The notes beneath the pieces are model-generated. The model was not told the origin of the DNA and did no database searches. It was given only the letters and a program-made list of their open reading frames with translations. This document shows, piece by piece, positions 8,282-16,338 of a stretch of DNA of 43,512 bases (positions are counted from its first letter, which is position 1; each line of letters starts with the position of its first letter). Both the position numbers and the translations under genes were made by a program. Location of the stretch: IMG/VR virus record IMGVR_UViG_3300045988_100685. One strand, 5' to 3'. The DNA is from a virus.

Positions 8282-8482
8282 ATGGCAACAGTTGAGCACT
8301 ATATATGCGATATGTGCGGAAAAGAAACAACTTATGAGGGAAAGTACGAGGCAACGTGGGAGCGTTTCGGGTACAAAGAAGAAGGCGGCATTCTCCACGC
8401 GGTGAGAGATTACAAATACGTTGACTTATGCGGAGGATGCTTCCACAAAATTTTTGACCTGGCAAAAAAGAATAAGAAATAA
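8282..8482 (+). CDS. Small zinc-ribbon protein
   Basis: 66 aa with CDMCGK ... CGGC pairs and SD aaggag upstream. It is the last gene of the early block. Confidence 0.5.
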   Translation: MATVEHYICDMCGKETTYEGKYEATWERFGYKEEGGILHAVRDYKYVDLCGGCFHKIFDLAKKNKK

Positions 8483-8484
8483 CA

Positions 8485-8518
8485 AAAGCCCCGAAGGATT
8501 AACCTTCGGGGTTTTTGC
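8485..8518 (+). terminator. Intrinsic terminator ending the early operon
   Basis: Stem GCCCCGAAGG (8488-8497) pairs with CCTTCGGGGT across loop ATTAA, followed by T5 (8512-8516). Confidence 0.8.
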
Positions 8519-8753
8519 TTAGAAAGAGGATAAAATTTGAAAAAGGAAAACATACCTATTACATTTTTGCTGCACCTATACTGTATCAGCTTTTTTGCAA
8601 AAGCGCAATAGGAAATAAAAAAATTATAACTGTCATGGGTTTTCGTAAAATTTTTTGAATTTTTTTTGCAAGAGCTTTTTTGAGGGCGGGGGTAGAGAAC
8701 AAGCGGCAAAGATATATACGATAGATGCAGACAAAATGAAAGGAGGCTCTGCT

Positions 8754-9395
8754 ATGGCAGCACCAAAGGGAATTGACTGGGATGAGATACGGCAAAAGTA
8801 TGTAACCGGAAAAAAGAGCGCAGCAAAGCTCGCCGCCGAGTATGGGCTGGAAACGCAGTATGTGTCACGACGATGCGCAAAAGGCGGATGGGTGGCGCAG
8901 CGGAAGGAGTATCGCCGCAAAGTTGCTGATACTGCGATAAAAAAAGCCGCCAAAAAGGAGGCGGACCGCCTTGCAAAGCTGATTTCTGCGGCTGGCACTG
9001 CCGGGAACGTCGCGGCACTGGGGCTTAAAAGGGCTGAAAAGGCGTGGAAAGAGCTGGACGGATGCGCTCCGGAGGACAAGGCCGAGCTTATCGGCTACAC
9101 CGACAGCAGGACGGCGAGGGACTACACCGCCATCATAAAGGAAGTTGTTTCCATTATGAGGGATTACTACGACATTCCCACCGCCGCGGAGCGGGAAGCC
9201 CGGGAGCTGGCAAAGGAAAGAGTTAAAATCGAGCGTGAGCGGATGGAAAAGGGCTTGAGCACGGACGATGGAGCCTTTGAGCACGGTGTTTGCCTTATTC
9301 CGGCAATTATGGAGGCTTCAAAACCGCCTATTGCGGATTTGAGCACCGATGAGCACGGGGAAGATGGCGGCGAGCACGGAATGAGCACGGAATGA
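8754..9395 (+). CDS. terS: Terminase small subunit (putative)
   Basis: ATG at 8754 with SD aaaggagg 7 nt upstream, preferred over the track start at 8655. N-terminal HTH-like IDWDEIRQKYVTGKKSAAKLAAEYGL..QYVSRRCAKGGW. The gene sits immediately upstream of TerL. Confidence 0.65.
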   Translation: MAAPKGIDWDEIRQKYVTGKKSAAKLAAEYGLETQYVSRRCAKGGWVAQRKEYRRKVADTAIKKAAKKEADRLAKLISAAGTAGNVAALGLKRAEKAWKELDGCAPEDKAELIGYTDSRTARDYTAIIKEVVSIMRDYYDIPTAAEREARELAKERVKIERERMEKGLSTDDGAFEHGVCLIPAIMEASKPPIADLSTDEHGEDGGEHGMSTE

Positions 9396-9495
9396 GCACC
9401 AACCAATTTCGTGACCTCACGAAATTGATAGTTTGAGCACGGAGGTGAAAAGCTTGGGCACAAGTTTGAGCACGGCGAGCACGGGGCTTGAGCAC
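9257..9495 (+). repeat. Array of 11 GAGCAC motifs spanning the terS 3' end, the intergenic hairpin and the terL 5' end
   Basis: GAGCAC starts at 9257, 9279, 9341, 9351, 9372, 9383, 9394, 9435, 9468, 9477 and 9490. Most copies are extended to TGAGCACGG. Confidence 0.85.
9404..9427 (+). promoter_or_regulatory. Perfect 11-bp inverted repeat between terS and terL
   Basis: CAATTTCGTGA cc TCACGAAATTG. No T-tract follows, so it is not a classic terminator. Confidence 0.6.
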
Positions 9496-10944
9496 CATGT
9501 TTTATGGCAGCCGCAGCCGAAACAGGCTATTTTTATGAGCCGATTTGAGGATGAGGCGCTTTACGGCGGCGCAGCCGGAGGCGGGAAGAGCGATGCGCTG
9601 TTGGCAGAAGCGCTGCGCCAGGTGGATATACCATACTACCGCGGGCTTATAGTCCGGCGCACATACAAGCAGCTTGAAGACCTAATAGATAAGTCGCGCA
9701 GACTTTATAAAGCCTGTTACCCTGGCGCAAAATACAATAAAACCGAACACATATGGTATTTCCCTTCCGGGGCGGTTGTTATTTTTGGTTCATGCCCGCA
9801 TAACGAGGATAAGTACAATTTTCAGGGCAAGCCGTATGACTTTATAGGCTTTGACGAGCTGACGCAATTTACATACGAGATATATGACTACTTGGCACAC
9901 TCGCGCAACCGTCCGAACGGACCGGGCACGAGGGTGTATGTAAGAGCAACCGCCAACCCCGGCGGCGTGGGTCATGCTTGGGTGAAGGAGCGGTTTATCA
10001 CCGCAGGAAAGCCGCTTGAAACGGTGTGGACAAAAGTAATGATCAAACAACAGGATCACAGCTTTAAAGAGGAATGGCTGAGCAGCGTTTTTGTGCCGTC
10101 GACAGTATTTGATAACCAGAAGCTGCTTGATAATGACCCGAAATATCTTATGCGTCTTGCTGCTTTGCCTGAGGCGGAGCGAAATGCGCTTTTGTACGGC
10201 AGCTGGGACAGCTTTGACGGACAGGTTTTCTGGGAGTGGAAGAACGACCCCGACCACTACATAGACGGCAAGTGGACGCATGTAATCAAGCCGTTTATGC
10301 CGCCGCGGCACTGGCTCTGTATCAGGGCGTTTGACTTTGGCTATACAAGGCCTTTTTCCGTGGGCTGGTATGTGGCGGACGAGCAGGGCAAACTGTACCG
10401 CATAAGGGAATACTACGGATGCACCGGCACGCCGAACCGCGGTTTACAGATTAACCCCGCGGAAATCGCTAAAAACATTCGCGAGATTGAGGACAGCGAC
10501 CCGCTGCTCAAAGGGCGGCAGATTATAGGCGTGGCTGACCCGTCAATCTTTGACCGCAGCCGCGGGCAGAGCGTGGCGGAGCTGATGGAGCAGCCGCCGT
10601 ATTATGTGGCATTTTCGCCCGGTGACAACACCCGCCTCGCAGGGCTTATGCAGGTGCATTACCGCTTCGCGTTCGACCAAAACGGAGACTGCATGCTGCA
10701 AATATTTGATACCTGCAAAAATTTCATTCGCACAATTCCGGCGTTGGTGTATGACGATGCAAACGTTGAGGATGTGGACACCGACATGGAGGATCACATC
10801 TTTGACGAGCTTAAATACTGTCTGATGGAGCACGTCATAAGCCCGCGGAAGAATGTGCTTGACAAGGAGTATGACCCGATGGATTACTTTGACCCGCTGA
10901 ACCAGAGGGCAGACGCTATAAGACCATACGGCATTTTTATGTGA
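9454..10944 (+). CDS. terL: Terminase large subunit
   Basis: Walker A motif YGGAAGGGKSDALL, motif DFIGFDELTQF, and a C-terminal nuclease region. TTG at 9454 was chosen because SD GGAGGTG lies 6 nt upstream. The track start TTG at 9433 is also possible. Confidence 0.9.
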   Translation: MGTSLSTASTGLEHHVLWQPQPKQAIFMSRFEDEALYGGAAGGGKSDALLAEALRQVDIPYYRGLIVRRTYKQLEDLIDKSRRLYKACYPGAKYNKTEHIWYFPSGAVVIFGSCPHNEDKYNFQGKPYDFIGFDELTQFTYEIYDYLAHSRNRPNGPGTRVYVRATANPGGVGHAWVKERFITAGKPLETVWTKVMIKQQDHSFKEEWLSSVFVPSTVFDNQKLLDNDPKYLMRLAALPEAERNALLYGSWDSFDGQVFWEWKNDPDHYIDGKWTHVIKPFMPPRHWLCIRAFDFGYTRPFSVGWYVADEQGKLYRIREYYGCTGTPNRGLQINPAEIAKNIREIEDSDPLLKGRQIIGVADPSIFDRSRGQSVAELMEQPPYYVAFSPGDNTRLAGLMQVHYRFAFDQNGDCMLQIFDTCKNFIRTIPALVYDDANVEDVDTDMEDHIFDELKYCLMEHVISPRKNVLDKEYDPMDYFDPLNQRADAIRPYGIFM

Positions 10945-10954
10945 GGAGGACACA

Positions 10955-12934
10955 ATGGACGACAACAACAATCTTGATTTACAGAGCCTTGCGGTGGAAG
11001 TAAAAGCCCCGAAAATAGGCAAGGAGCAGCTTTCGGCATTTATGCAGGTGCTTGAAAAGTACAAGAGCGGCAAGCAACGCCTTGAAGCTCGAGTGATTGA
11101 GAGCGAGGAGTGGTGGAAGCTGCACAATAATCAGATCGCCCGCATCAAGGACGGCATAGAGCAGCCGGGAGAGCTGCGGAACGCCTCCGGCTGGCTGCAC
11201 AACGTGCTTGTATCAAAGCACGCAGACGCAATAGAGGCATATCCTGAGCCTAACATCCTGCCGAGAGAGCAGGGCGACAAGGAGGAGGCGAAGCGGCTGT
11301 CCTCCATCCTCCCCTGCATATTGGAGCAAAATCATTTTGAGGAGGTATACGACGAGGCGCAGTGGCAGAAGCTCAAGACCGGCACAAGCGTATACTCGGT
11401 TGTGTGGGATCAGAATAAGCTTAACGGCTTAGGCGACATCAGCATAAGCAATGTAAACCTGCTCAACATCTTTTGGGAGCCGGGCATAAAAGACATACAG
11501 GACAGCCTCTATGTGTTCACAACGAAGCTTGTAGACAATGCCATTCTTAAAGGGCAGTACCCGCAGTATGCGGACAAGTTCGCGGCGCAGAGCAGCTTTT
11601 CTCCGGCGAAGTTCCTTTACGACGACCGCGTGGACACCACGGACAAGAGCACGGTTATAGAGGTGTACTACCACACCGCCAACAGCCAAGGAAAGCGCGT
11701 GCTGCATTACTGCAAGTTTGTCAATGATGTTGTATTGTACGCCACCGAGAATGACACGGAGCAGCCCACAAAGCCACAGACAATGGTAAACCCGGAGACC
11801 GGCGCGGCGGAGGTTGTGCAGGTTCCGGCAGGGCTTCCAGCATCGGAGCGGGGCATATACGACCACGCGCAATATCCGTTTGTGTTTGATGTGCTGTTCC
11901 CCATCGAGGGCAGCCCCTGCGGCTACGGATATGTTGACCTTTGCAAGGGCGCACAGGAGCAGATTGACACCATGGGTAAGGCTATGGTGGACAACGCCGT
12001 TGCAAACAGCACGCCGCGTTACCTCAGCAAGCAAGGCGGCGGAATCAATGAAGATGAATTTATGGATTTGCGCAGGCCGATTGTGCATTACAGCGGCGCA
12101 AGCGCGGACATTGTTCCTATAAGCACAACCGCATTGCAAGCAAACAGTCTAAATTACTACAACGCAAAAATTGAAGAGCTGCGGCAGGTGAGCGGCAACA
12201 CCGAGAGCGCCACGGGACAGGCTACCTCCGGCGTTACGGCGGCATCCGCCATTGCGGCGTTGCAGGAGGCAAGCGGCAAGGGTAGCAGAGCGAGCACGCT
12301 TTCATCGTACAGGGCGTTTGGGCGCATAAATGAGCTGCAAATTGAGCTTATCAGACAGTTCTATGATATGCCGCGCACCTTCCGCATTATCGGACAGCGG
12401 GGCGCGGAGGAGTATATAAGCTACAACAATGCACAGCTGCAGGCGCAGTATCAGGGCAGCATCGGCAATATTGATTTAGGCTTCCGCCTTCCGGTGTTTG
12501 ACATCAAGGTTTCGGCGCAGAAAAAGAATGTATATACCAAGGTGGCGCAAAACGAGCTTGCTTTGCAGTTCTTCCAGCTTGGATTCTTCAATCCGCAGGT
12601 TGCTGACCAAGCACTTGCGTGCATTGAAATGATGGATTTTGACGACAAGGACAAGATTTCGCAGATGATAGCGCAAAACGGCACTATGTATCAGCAGCTG
12701 CTTTTGTATCAGCAGCTTGCGCTTTCCCTGGCACAGGCGAGCGGCAGGACGGATATAGTACAGGGGCTTGCTTCGCAGATTACCGGGCGGCCGATTGAGA
12801 CGGTTTCGGGCGGCGGTGAGCAGGCGGCGAGCCTGCCGCAGAGCGACAACGTTGCCGGGATAGACAGCGAGGAGCACACCCGAGTAAAAAACGCCAGAGC
12901 GCAGAGCAATAAAGCAAGCCAGCCGGAGGAATAA
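10955..12934 (+). CDS. Portal protein
   Basis: 659 aa, directly after TerL. The N-terminal L..F..VLEKYKSGK..LE.RVIESEEWWKLHN motif is typical of a Firmicutes phage portal family, and the C-terminal tail is acidic and flexible. Confidence 0.8.
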   Translation: MDDNNNLDLQSLAVEVKAPKIGKEQLSAFMQVLEKYKSGKQRLEARVIESEEWWKLHNNQIARIKDGIEQPGELRNASGWLHNVLVSKHADAIEAYPEPNILPREQGDKEEAKRLSSILPCILEQNHFEEVYDEAQWQKLKTGTSVYSVVWDQNKLNGLGDISISNVNLLNIFWEPGIKDIQDSLYVFTTKLVDNAILKGQYPQYADKFAAQSSFSPAKFLYDDRVDTTDKSTVIEVYYHTANSQGKRVLHYCKFVNDVVLYATENDTEQPTKPQTMVNPETGAAEVVQVPAGLPASERGIYDHAQYPFVFDVLFPIEGSPCGYGYVDLCKGAQEQIDTMGKAMVDNAVANSTPRYLSKQGGGINEDEFMDLRRPIVHYSGASADIVPISTTALQANSLNYYNAKIEELRQVSGNTESATGQATSGVTAASAIAALQEASGKGSRASTLSSYRAFGRINELQIELIRQFYDMPRTFRIIGQRGAEEYISYNNAQLQAQYQGSIGNIDLGFRLPVFDIKVSAQKKNVYTKVAQNELALQFFQLGFFNPQVADQALACIEMMDFDDKDKISQMIAQNGTMYQQLLLYQQLALSLAQASGRTDIVQGLASQITGRPIETVSGGGEQAASLPQSDNVAGIDSEEHTRVKNARAQSNKASQPEE

Positions 12935-12937
12935 GCT

Positions 12938-13261
12938 ATGATTGAGATTACATATTATTCGCGGTTTAATGCGGTTATAATCAAGGGACATTCGGGATTT
13001 GCCGAGGAAGGAAAGGACATCATCTGCGCCGGAGTATCGGCGCTTGCGTGGACTTTTGAGGAGGCCGCAAGGCGTCTTGTAAGAGAGAACAAGGCACTTG
13101 AGCCGACAATAGTAATGGAGAACGGCAGGGCGGAAATTTCCGTTGATGCACGACCGGATTACGAGTATGAAATAAAGCAGATTTTATCGTATATTTGCGG
13201 CGGGTTTAAGCATATAGCGGAGCAATCGCCGGAGTATGTGCGATACATAGAAAGAAATTAA
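12938..13261 (+). CDS. prp: Prp-like cysteine protease (ribosomal-processing protease / DUF464 family)
   Basis: 107 aa. IIKGHSGFAEEGKDIICAGVSAL contains the conserved His...Cys dyad motif (GH.G.A..G.DI[VI]CA.VSA) of YsxB/Prp. The gene occupies the position of a head-maturation protease, between portal and scaffold. Confidence 0.85.
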   Translation: MIEITYYSRFNAVIIKGHSGFAEEGKDIICAGVSALAWTFEEAARRLVRENKALEPTIVMENGRAEISVDARPDYEYEIKQILSYICGGFKHIAEQSPEYVRYIERN

Positions 13262-13271
13262 AAAAATTTTT

Positions 13272-13305
13272 AATGCGGGGGTAGAGAGTGCCTCCGCATT
13301 TATTT
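13272..13305 (+). terminator. Hairpin plus T-rich tail (member of the GCGGGGGTAGA family)
   Basis: ATGCGGGGG (13272-13280) pairs with CCTCCGCAT (13090 numbering excluded; actual 13290-13298) including one G-U pair. The loop is TAGAGAGTG and the tail is TTTATTTT. Confidence 0.55.
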
Positions 13306-13364
13306 TATAGTGGGATTACAAGGAGCCGCGAGCCTAACTCGCAGATTAAAACGGAGGCATCTTT

Positions 13365-14441
13365 ATGCAGACAAACGAATTGCGTTACCTACAGCTTTTT
13401 GCCGATGGCGGAGCAGCCGCCGGAGCGGGAGCGGGAGAAGGAAGCGCCGCGGGCGATAACGGAGCTGTCGCCGCCGGACAGCAGCCACAAACGCAGGCAG
13501 ATGTGCTTGCAGCACTGGGAGTTCCGCCGAGTAAGATTCGGGCGAAATACAAAAACGCGGTTGTAAATGTGTCGAACGCGCAGCAAGCCGCACCGCAGGA
13601 CGCCGCTGCACAGACCGGAAGCGAACCAACCCAGCAGACGGATAACGGAGACACCGCGCAGCAGCCGCAGAGGATGACTTGGGACGAAATCAAAAAAGAC
13701 CCCGAGTACAATCGGCAGATGCAGGACATGGTGCAGAAGCGCGTACAAAAGTACAAGCAGCGCGAAGACCAAATCAGCGGGCTTTTGGGCATTGTTGCAC
13801 AGAGGTATGGCATTAATGCTACAGACCCCGAAAAGATTGACATTGACGCGCTGACAAACGCCGTTAGCGGAGATAACGAATACTACGAGAAGAAAGGGCT
13901 TGAGCTTGGCGTTTCCGCCGAAGTGGCAAAGCACATTGCCGACCTTGAGCGCAAGGCGGCAAGAGCTGACGCTATGGAGCGGGAAAACAGCGAGCAGAGA
14001 GCCATTGCAGAACATTTGCAAAAGCTTGAGGCACAGGCACAGGCTTTCAAAGCCACCGTTCCGGACTTTGACCTTCGGGCGGAGCTTTCCGACCCGACTT
14101 TTGCAAGGCTTACATCCCCTAATGTAGGGCTTTCCGTAGAGGACGCATATTTCGCTATGCACCGGCAGGAAATTCAGCAGGCGCAGGCACAGCAGGCGAG
14201 AGCGGCAGTGCAGGCGGCAGCGGCGCAAACCAAAGCAGCGGTCGCGAACAGTATTCAGGCGGGGCAGCGCAGACCCACCGAGAACACCGCGACCACGCAG
14301 GCAGGTTCCGTATTATCCGAACAAAACCCACGTGATTACACGCCTGAGCAGCGCGAAAGCATAAAAAGGCGCATTCGCCAGGCGGCAGCTCAGGGAGCAG
14401 TCCTCATGCCGGACGGCAGCTTTGTTCAGTACGGCAGATAA
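13365..14441 (+). CDS. Capsid scaffolding protein (putative)
   Basis: 358 aa, Ala/Gln/Glu-rich and predicted coiled coil, located between the protease and the major capsid gene. The N-terminus MQTNELRYLQLFADGG carries an L27-like Prp motif. Confidence 0.7.
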   Translation: MQTNELRYLQLFADGGAAAGAGAGEGSAAGDNGAVAAGQQPQTQADVLAALGVPPSKIRAKYKNAVVNVSNAQQAAPQDAAAQTGSEPTQQTDNGDTAQQPQRMTWDEIKKDPEYNRQMQDMVQKRVQKYKQREDQISGLLGIVAQRYGINATDPEKIDIDALTNAVSGDNEYYEKKGLELGVSAEVAKHIADLERKAARADAMERENSEQRAIAEHLQKLEAQAQAFKATVPDFDLRAELSDPTFARLTSPNVGLSVEDAYFAMHRQEIQQAQAQQARAAVQAAAAQTKAAVANSIQAGQRRPTENTATTQAGSVLSEQNPRDYTPEQRESIKRRIRQAAAQGAVLMPDGSFVQYGR

Positions 14442-14477
14442 TGCGGATTTCTCCTTTGAGCAAAGAAAGGAGAAAAT

Positions 14478-15605
14478 ATGAATACTTTTGATTATTTCGG
14501 TCTGCAGATGTTTGCAGACGAAGGCACTTACTTTAAGGTTTCCGGCGGTACTCTCGTAAATACCACCCAAAACTATGTAAACGCTTACACCGGAGCGGAA
14601 ACGGCATTCGGCAGCGGAAACCCCACACTTAATCCTCTTGTTAAGGATTTTTACGACACCGAGCTGCTCGAAAACACCAGAATGGGCAGATACTACGCCC
14701 AGTTCGCACAGCATCAGGCGCTTCCCGCAAAGCACGCAGGCAAGGTTCAGTGGCGCAAGTTCAACACCTTCGAAAAAGCTAAAAAGCTTCAGGAAGGTGT
14801 AATCCCCACCGGTCAGAAAATGGGCATGACCTCTGTCGAAGCGAGCATTAACCAGTACGGTACTTATGTAACCGTGTCTGATAAGCTCGAGCTTCGCGGA
14901 TATGACGATGTTATTCTTGCCGCCACCGAGGAGATGGGCGCAAGCTATAACGAGACCGACGAGACCCTTATTCGCGATTTTCTTATGACCGGAACCAACG
15001 TAATCTATTGCGACAATGTCAACACCACCAGCAATAACGCGGTTGTGGGCACTCCCACCGGTCCCACTCTTATGGGCGCAACCGCCGCGAGCTGGTCTCT
15101 GCTCACCCGCAAGATGATTAAAAAGGTCGTTACCAAAATGAAGAAAGACAAGGTGCCGAAGATTAACGGCAGCTATGTTGCCGTAATTCACCCCTCCGTG
15201 GCAGAGGATCTTCGCAACGACCCCCAGTGGGAAGACGCGCACAAGTATGATGCGACCACCGAAATCTTCACCGGAGAAATAGGCCAGCTTGAAGGCGTGC
15301 GCTTTATCGAAAATGCGGATGCGCCTATTCTCGGTGCTACTTCGGCGTATCAGAACGCCGCAAGCGGTGTGACCTACGCGACTTTCTTCTTCGGCGCAAA
15401 CGCATACGCAATGATTGACCCCGCAGGCGGCAACCTGCAGATGATTATTCACGATAAGGACGAGGCGGGCGGCCCTCTGAACCAGTTCAGCACCATCGGC
15501 TACAAGTTCGAGACCGGATTTGCGTTCCTTTATCCCGAGCGCCTTGTTCGTGTAATGAGCTGCAGCAGCTATTCCGCAAGCGACAGCGCCAACGGAACCC
15601 TTTGA
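14478..15605 (+). CDS. Major capsid protein (HK97-fold, resembles the N4 gp56-type family)
   Basis: 375 aa with a strong SD, followed by an attenuating terminator. The N-terminus MNTFDYFGLQMFADEG carries the Prp motif. The conserved stretch HQALPAKHAGKVQWRKF...QEGV.P is typical of this capsid family. Confidence 0.85.
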   Translation: MNTFDYFGLQMFADEGTYFKVSGGTLVNTTQNYVNAYTGAETAFGSGNPTLNPLVKDFYDTELLENTRMGRYYAQFAQHQALPAKHAGKVQWRKFNTFEKAKKLQEGVIPTGQKMGMTSVEASINQYGTYVTVSDKLELRGYDDVILAATEEMGASYNETDETLIRDFLMTGTNVIYCDNVNTTSNNAVVGTPTGPTLMGATAASWSLLTRKMIKKVVTKMKKDKVPKINGSYVAVIHPSVAEDLRNDPQWEDAHKYDATTEIFTGEIGQLEGVRFIENADAPILGATSAYQNAASGVTYATFFFGANAYAMIDPAGGNLQMIIHDKDEAGGPLNQFSTIGYKFETGFAFLYPERLVRVMSCSSYSASDSANGTL

Positions 15606-15619
15606 TAAGTTAAACCACA

Positions 15620-15650
15620 GGGAGGGAGGATTCTCCCTCCCACATTTTTT
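15620..15650 (+). terminator. Intrinsic terminator after the capsid gene
   Basis: GGGAGGGAG (15620-15628), loop GATT, CTCCCTCCC (15633-15641), then ACATTTTTT. Confidence 0.75.
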
Positions 15651-15663
15651 AGGAGGCTTTTTT

Positions 15664-15900
15664 ATGGCAGAAATTAAAGAAACCAAGCAGGCTAAAGAGG
15701 AAAGAGTGCCGGTTACTATCCCCTACGAAAAGGGCGACAAATTCGTTTCTGTAAACGGCAAAAACTTTATTCTCCCGGCAGGACAGACAAGCATGGTGCC
15801 GCCCGAGGTTGCCGCTGAACTTCGCAGAGCGATGGATGCGGAAAGCTACGCATACCGCCACAGCGACGAGCTTGCGGCGCAGGGCGCAATGGTGAAATAA
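15664..15900 (+). CDS. Small head-associated hypothetical protein
   Basis: 78-aa ORF with SD aggagg upstream, bracketed by two terminators. Confidence 0.5.
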   Translation: MAEIKETKQAKEERVPVTIPYEKGDKFVSVNGKNFILPAGQTSMVPPEVAAELRRAMDAESYAYRHSDELAAQGAMVK

Positions 15901-15901
15901 C

Positions 15902-15927
15902 AGGGGCACACAAGTGCCCTTTTTTTG
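15902..15927 (+). terminator. Intrinsic terminator
   Basis: AGGGGCAC, loop ACAA, GTGCCCT, followed by T7. Confidence 0.75.
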
Positions 15928-15944
15928 AAGCGGAGGGAAAGCGT

Positions 15945-16325
15945 ATGACCATACAGGAAGCGTTTGAAGAAACACAGCGAATGGAGCCGAACACCTACAC
16001 TGTGGAGGATATGATAGGGTGGCTTTCGCAGCTTGACATGAAGATTTGGAGAGAGGTCTTTTTGACCCACGAGGGACTTTCGGAGGGCGCGAAGTTTGAG
16101 GGCTACACGGCGGCGACGGAGCCCACGACGGAGCTTTTGGTAAAAGAGCCGGATGCGGAGGAAGTATATATCAACTACCTTAAAGCCATGGTAAACAAGA
16201 ACAACATGGAAATCGGCAAATATAATCAAAACATTACAGCGTTTAATGACGCTTATAACAATTTTTCGAGCTATTACACGAGAACGCACATGCCGCTGCA
16301 GGTGCTTCCGCATTTTCTTTTTTAA
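15945..16325 (+). CDS. Hypothetical structural protein (possible head-tail adaptor)
   Basis: 126-aa ORF in the structural block. The assignment rests on position only. Confidence 0.45.
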   Translation: MTIQEAFEETQRMEPNTYTVEDMIGWLSQLDMKIWREVFLTHEGLSEGAKFEGYTAATEPTTELLVKEPDAEEVYINYLKAMVNKNNMEIGKYNQNITAFNDAYNNFSSYYTRTHMPLQVLPHFLF

Positions 16326-16338
16326 GGAGGAACGGAAT

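Noticed and set aside
8251-8283. TTGACG ... TATAAT promoter-like boxes upstream of 8282
   Set aside because: The spacer is only 12 nt, and the -10-like box overlaps the start codon.
8655-8753. Upstream extension of terS (track start 8655)
   Set aside because: The extension reads through a T-rich, promoter-like intergenic sequence (MNFFCKSFFEGGG...) and has no SD. ATG 8754 has a consensus AAAGGAGG.
12617-12630. GCGTGCATTGAAAT, a 13/14 match to the type I-C repeat tail GCGTGGATTGAAAT
   Set aside because: It lies inside the portal coding frame (ALACIEMMDF), has no adjacent hairpin, promoter or terminator, and carries a mismatch in the handle. It is most likely chance.
13288-13566. 92-aa + strand ORF overlapping the terminator and the scaffold start
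   Set aside because: It begins inside the terminator/leader region, is out of frame with the well-supported scaffold gene, and has no SD.
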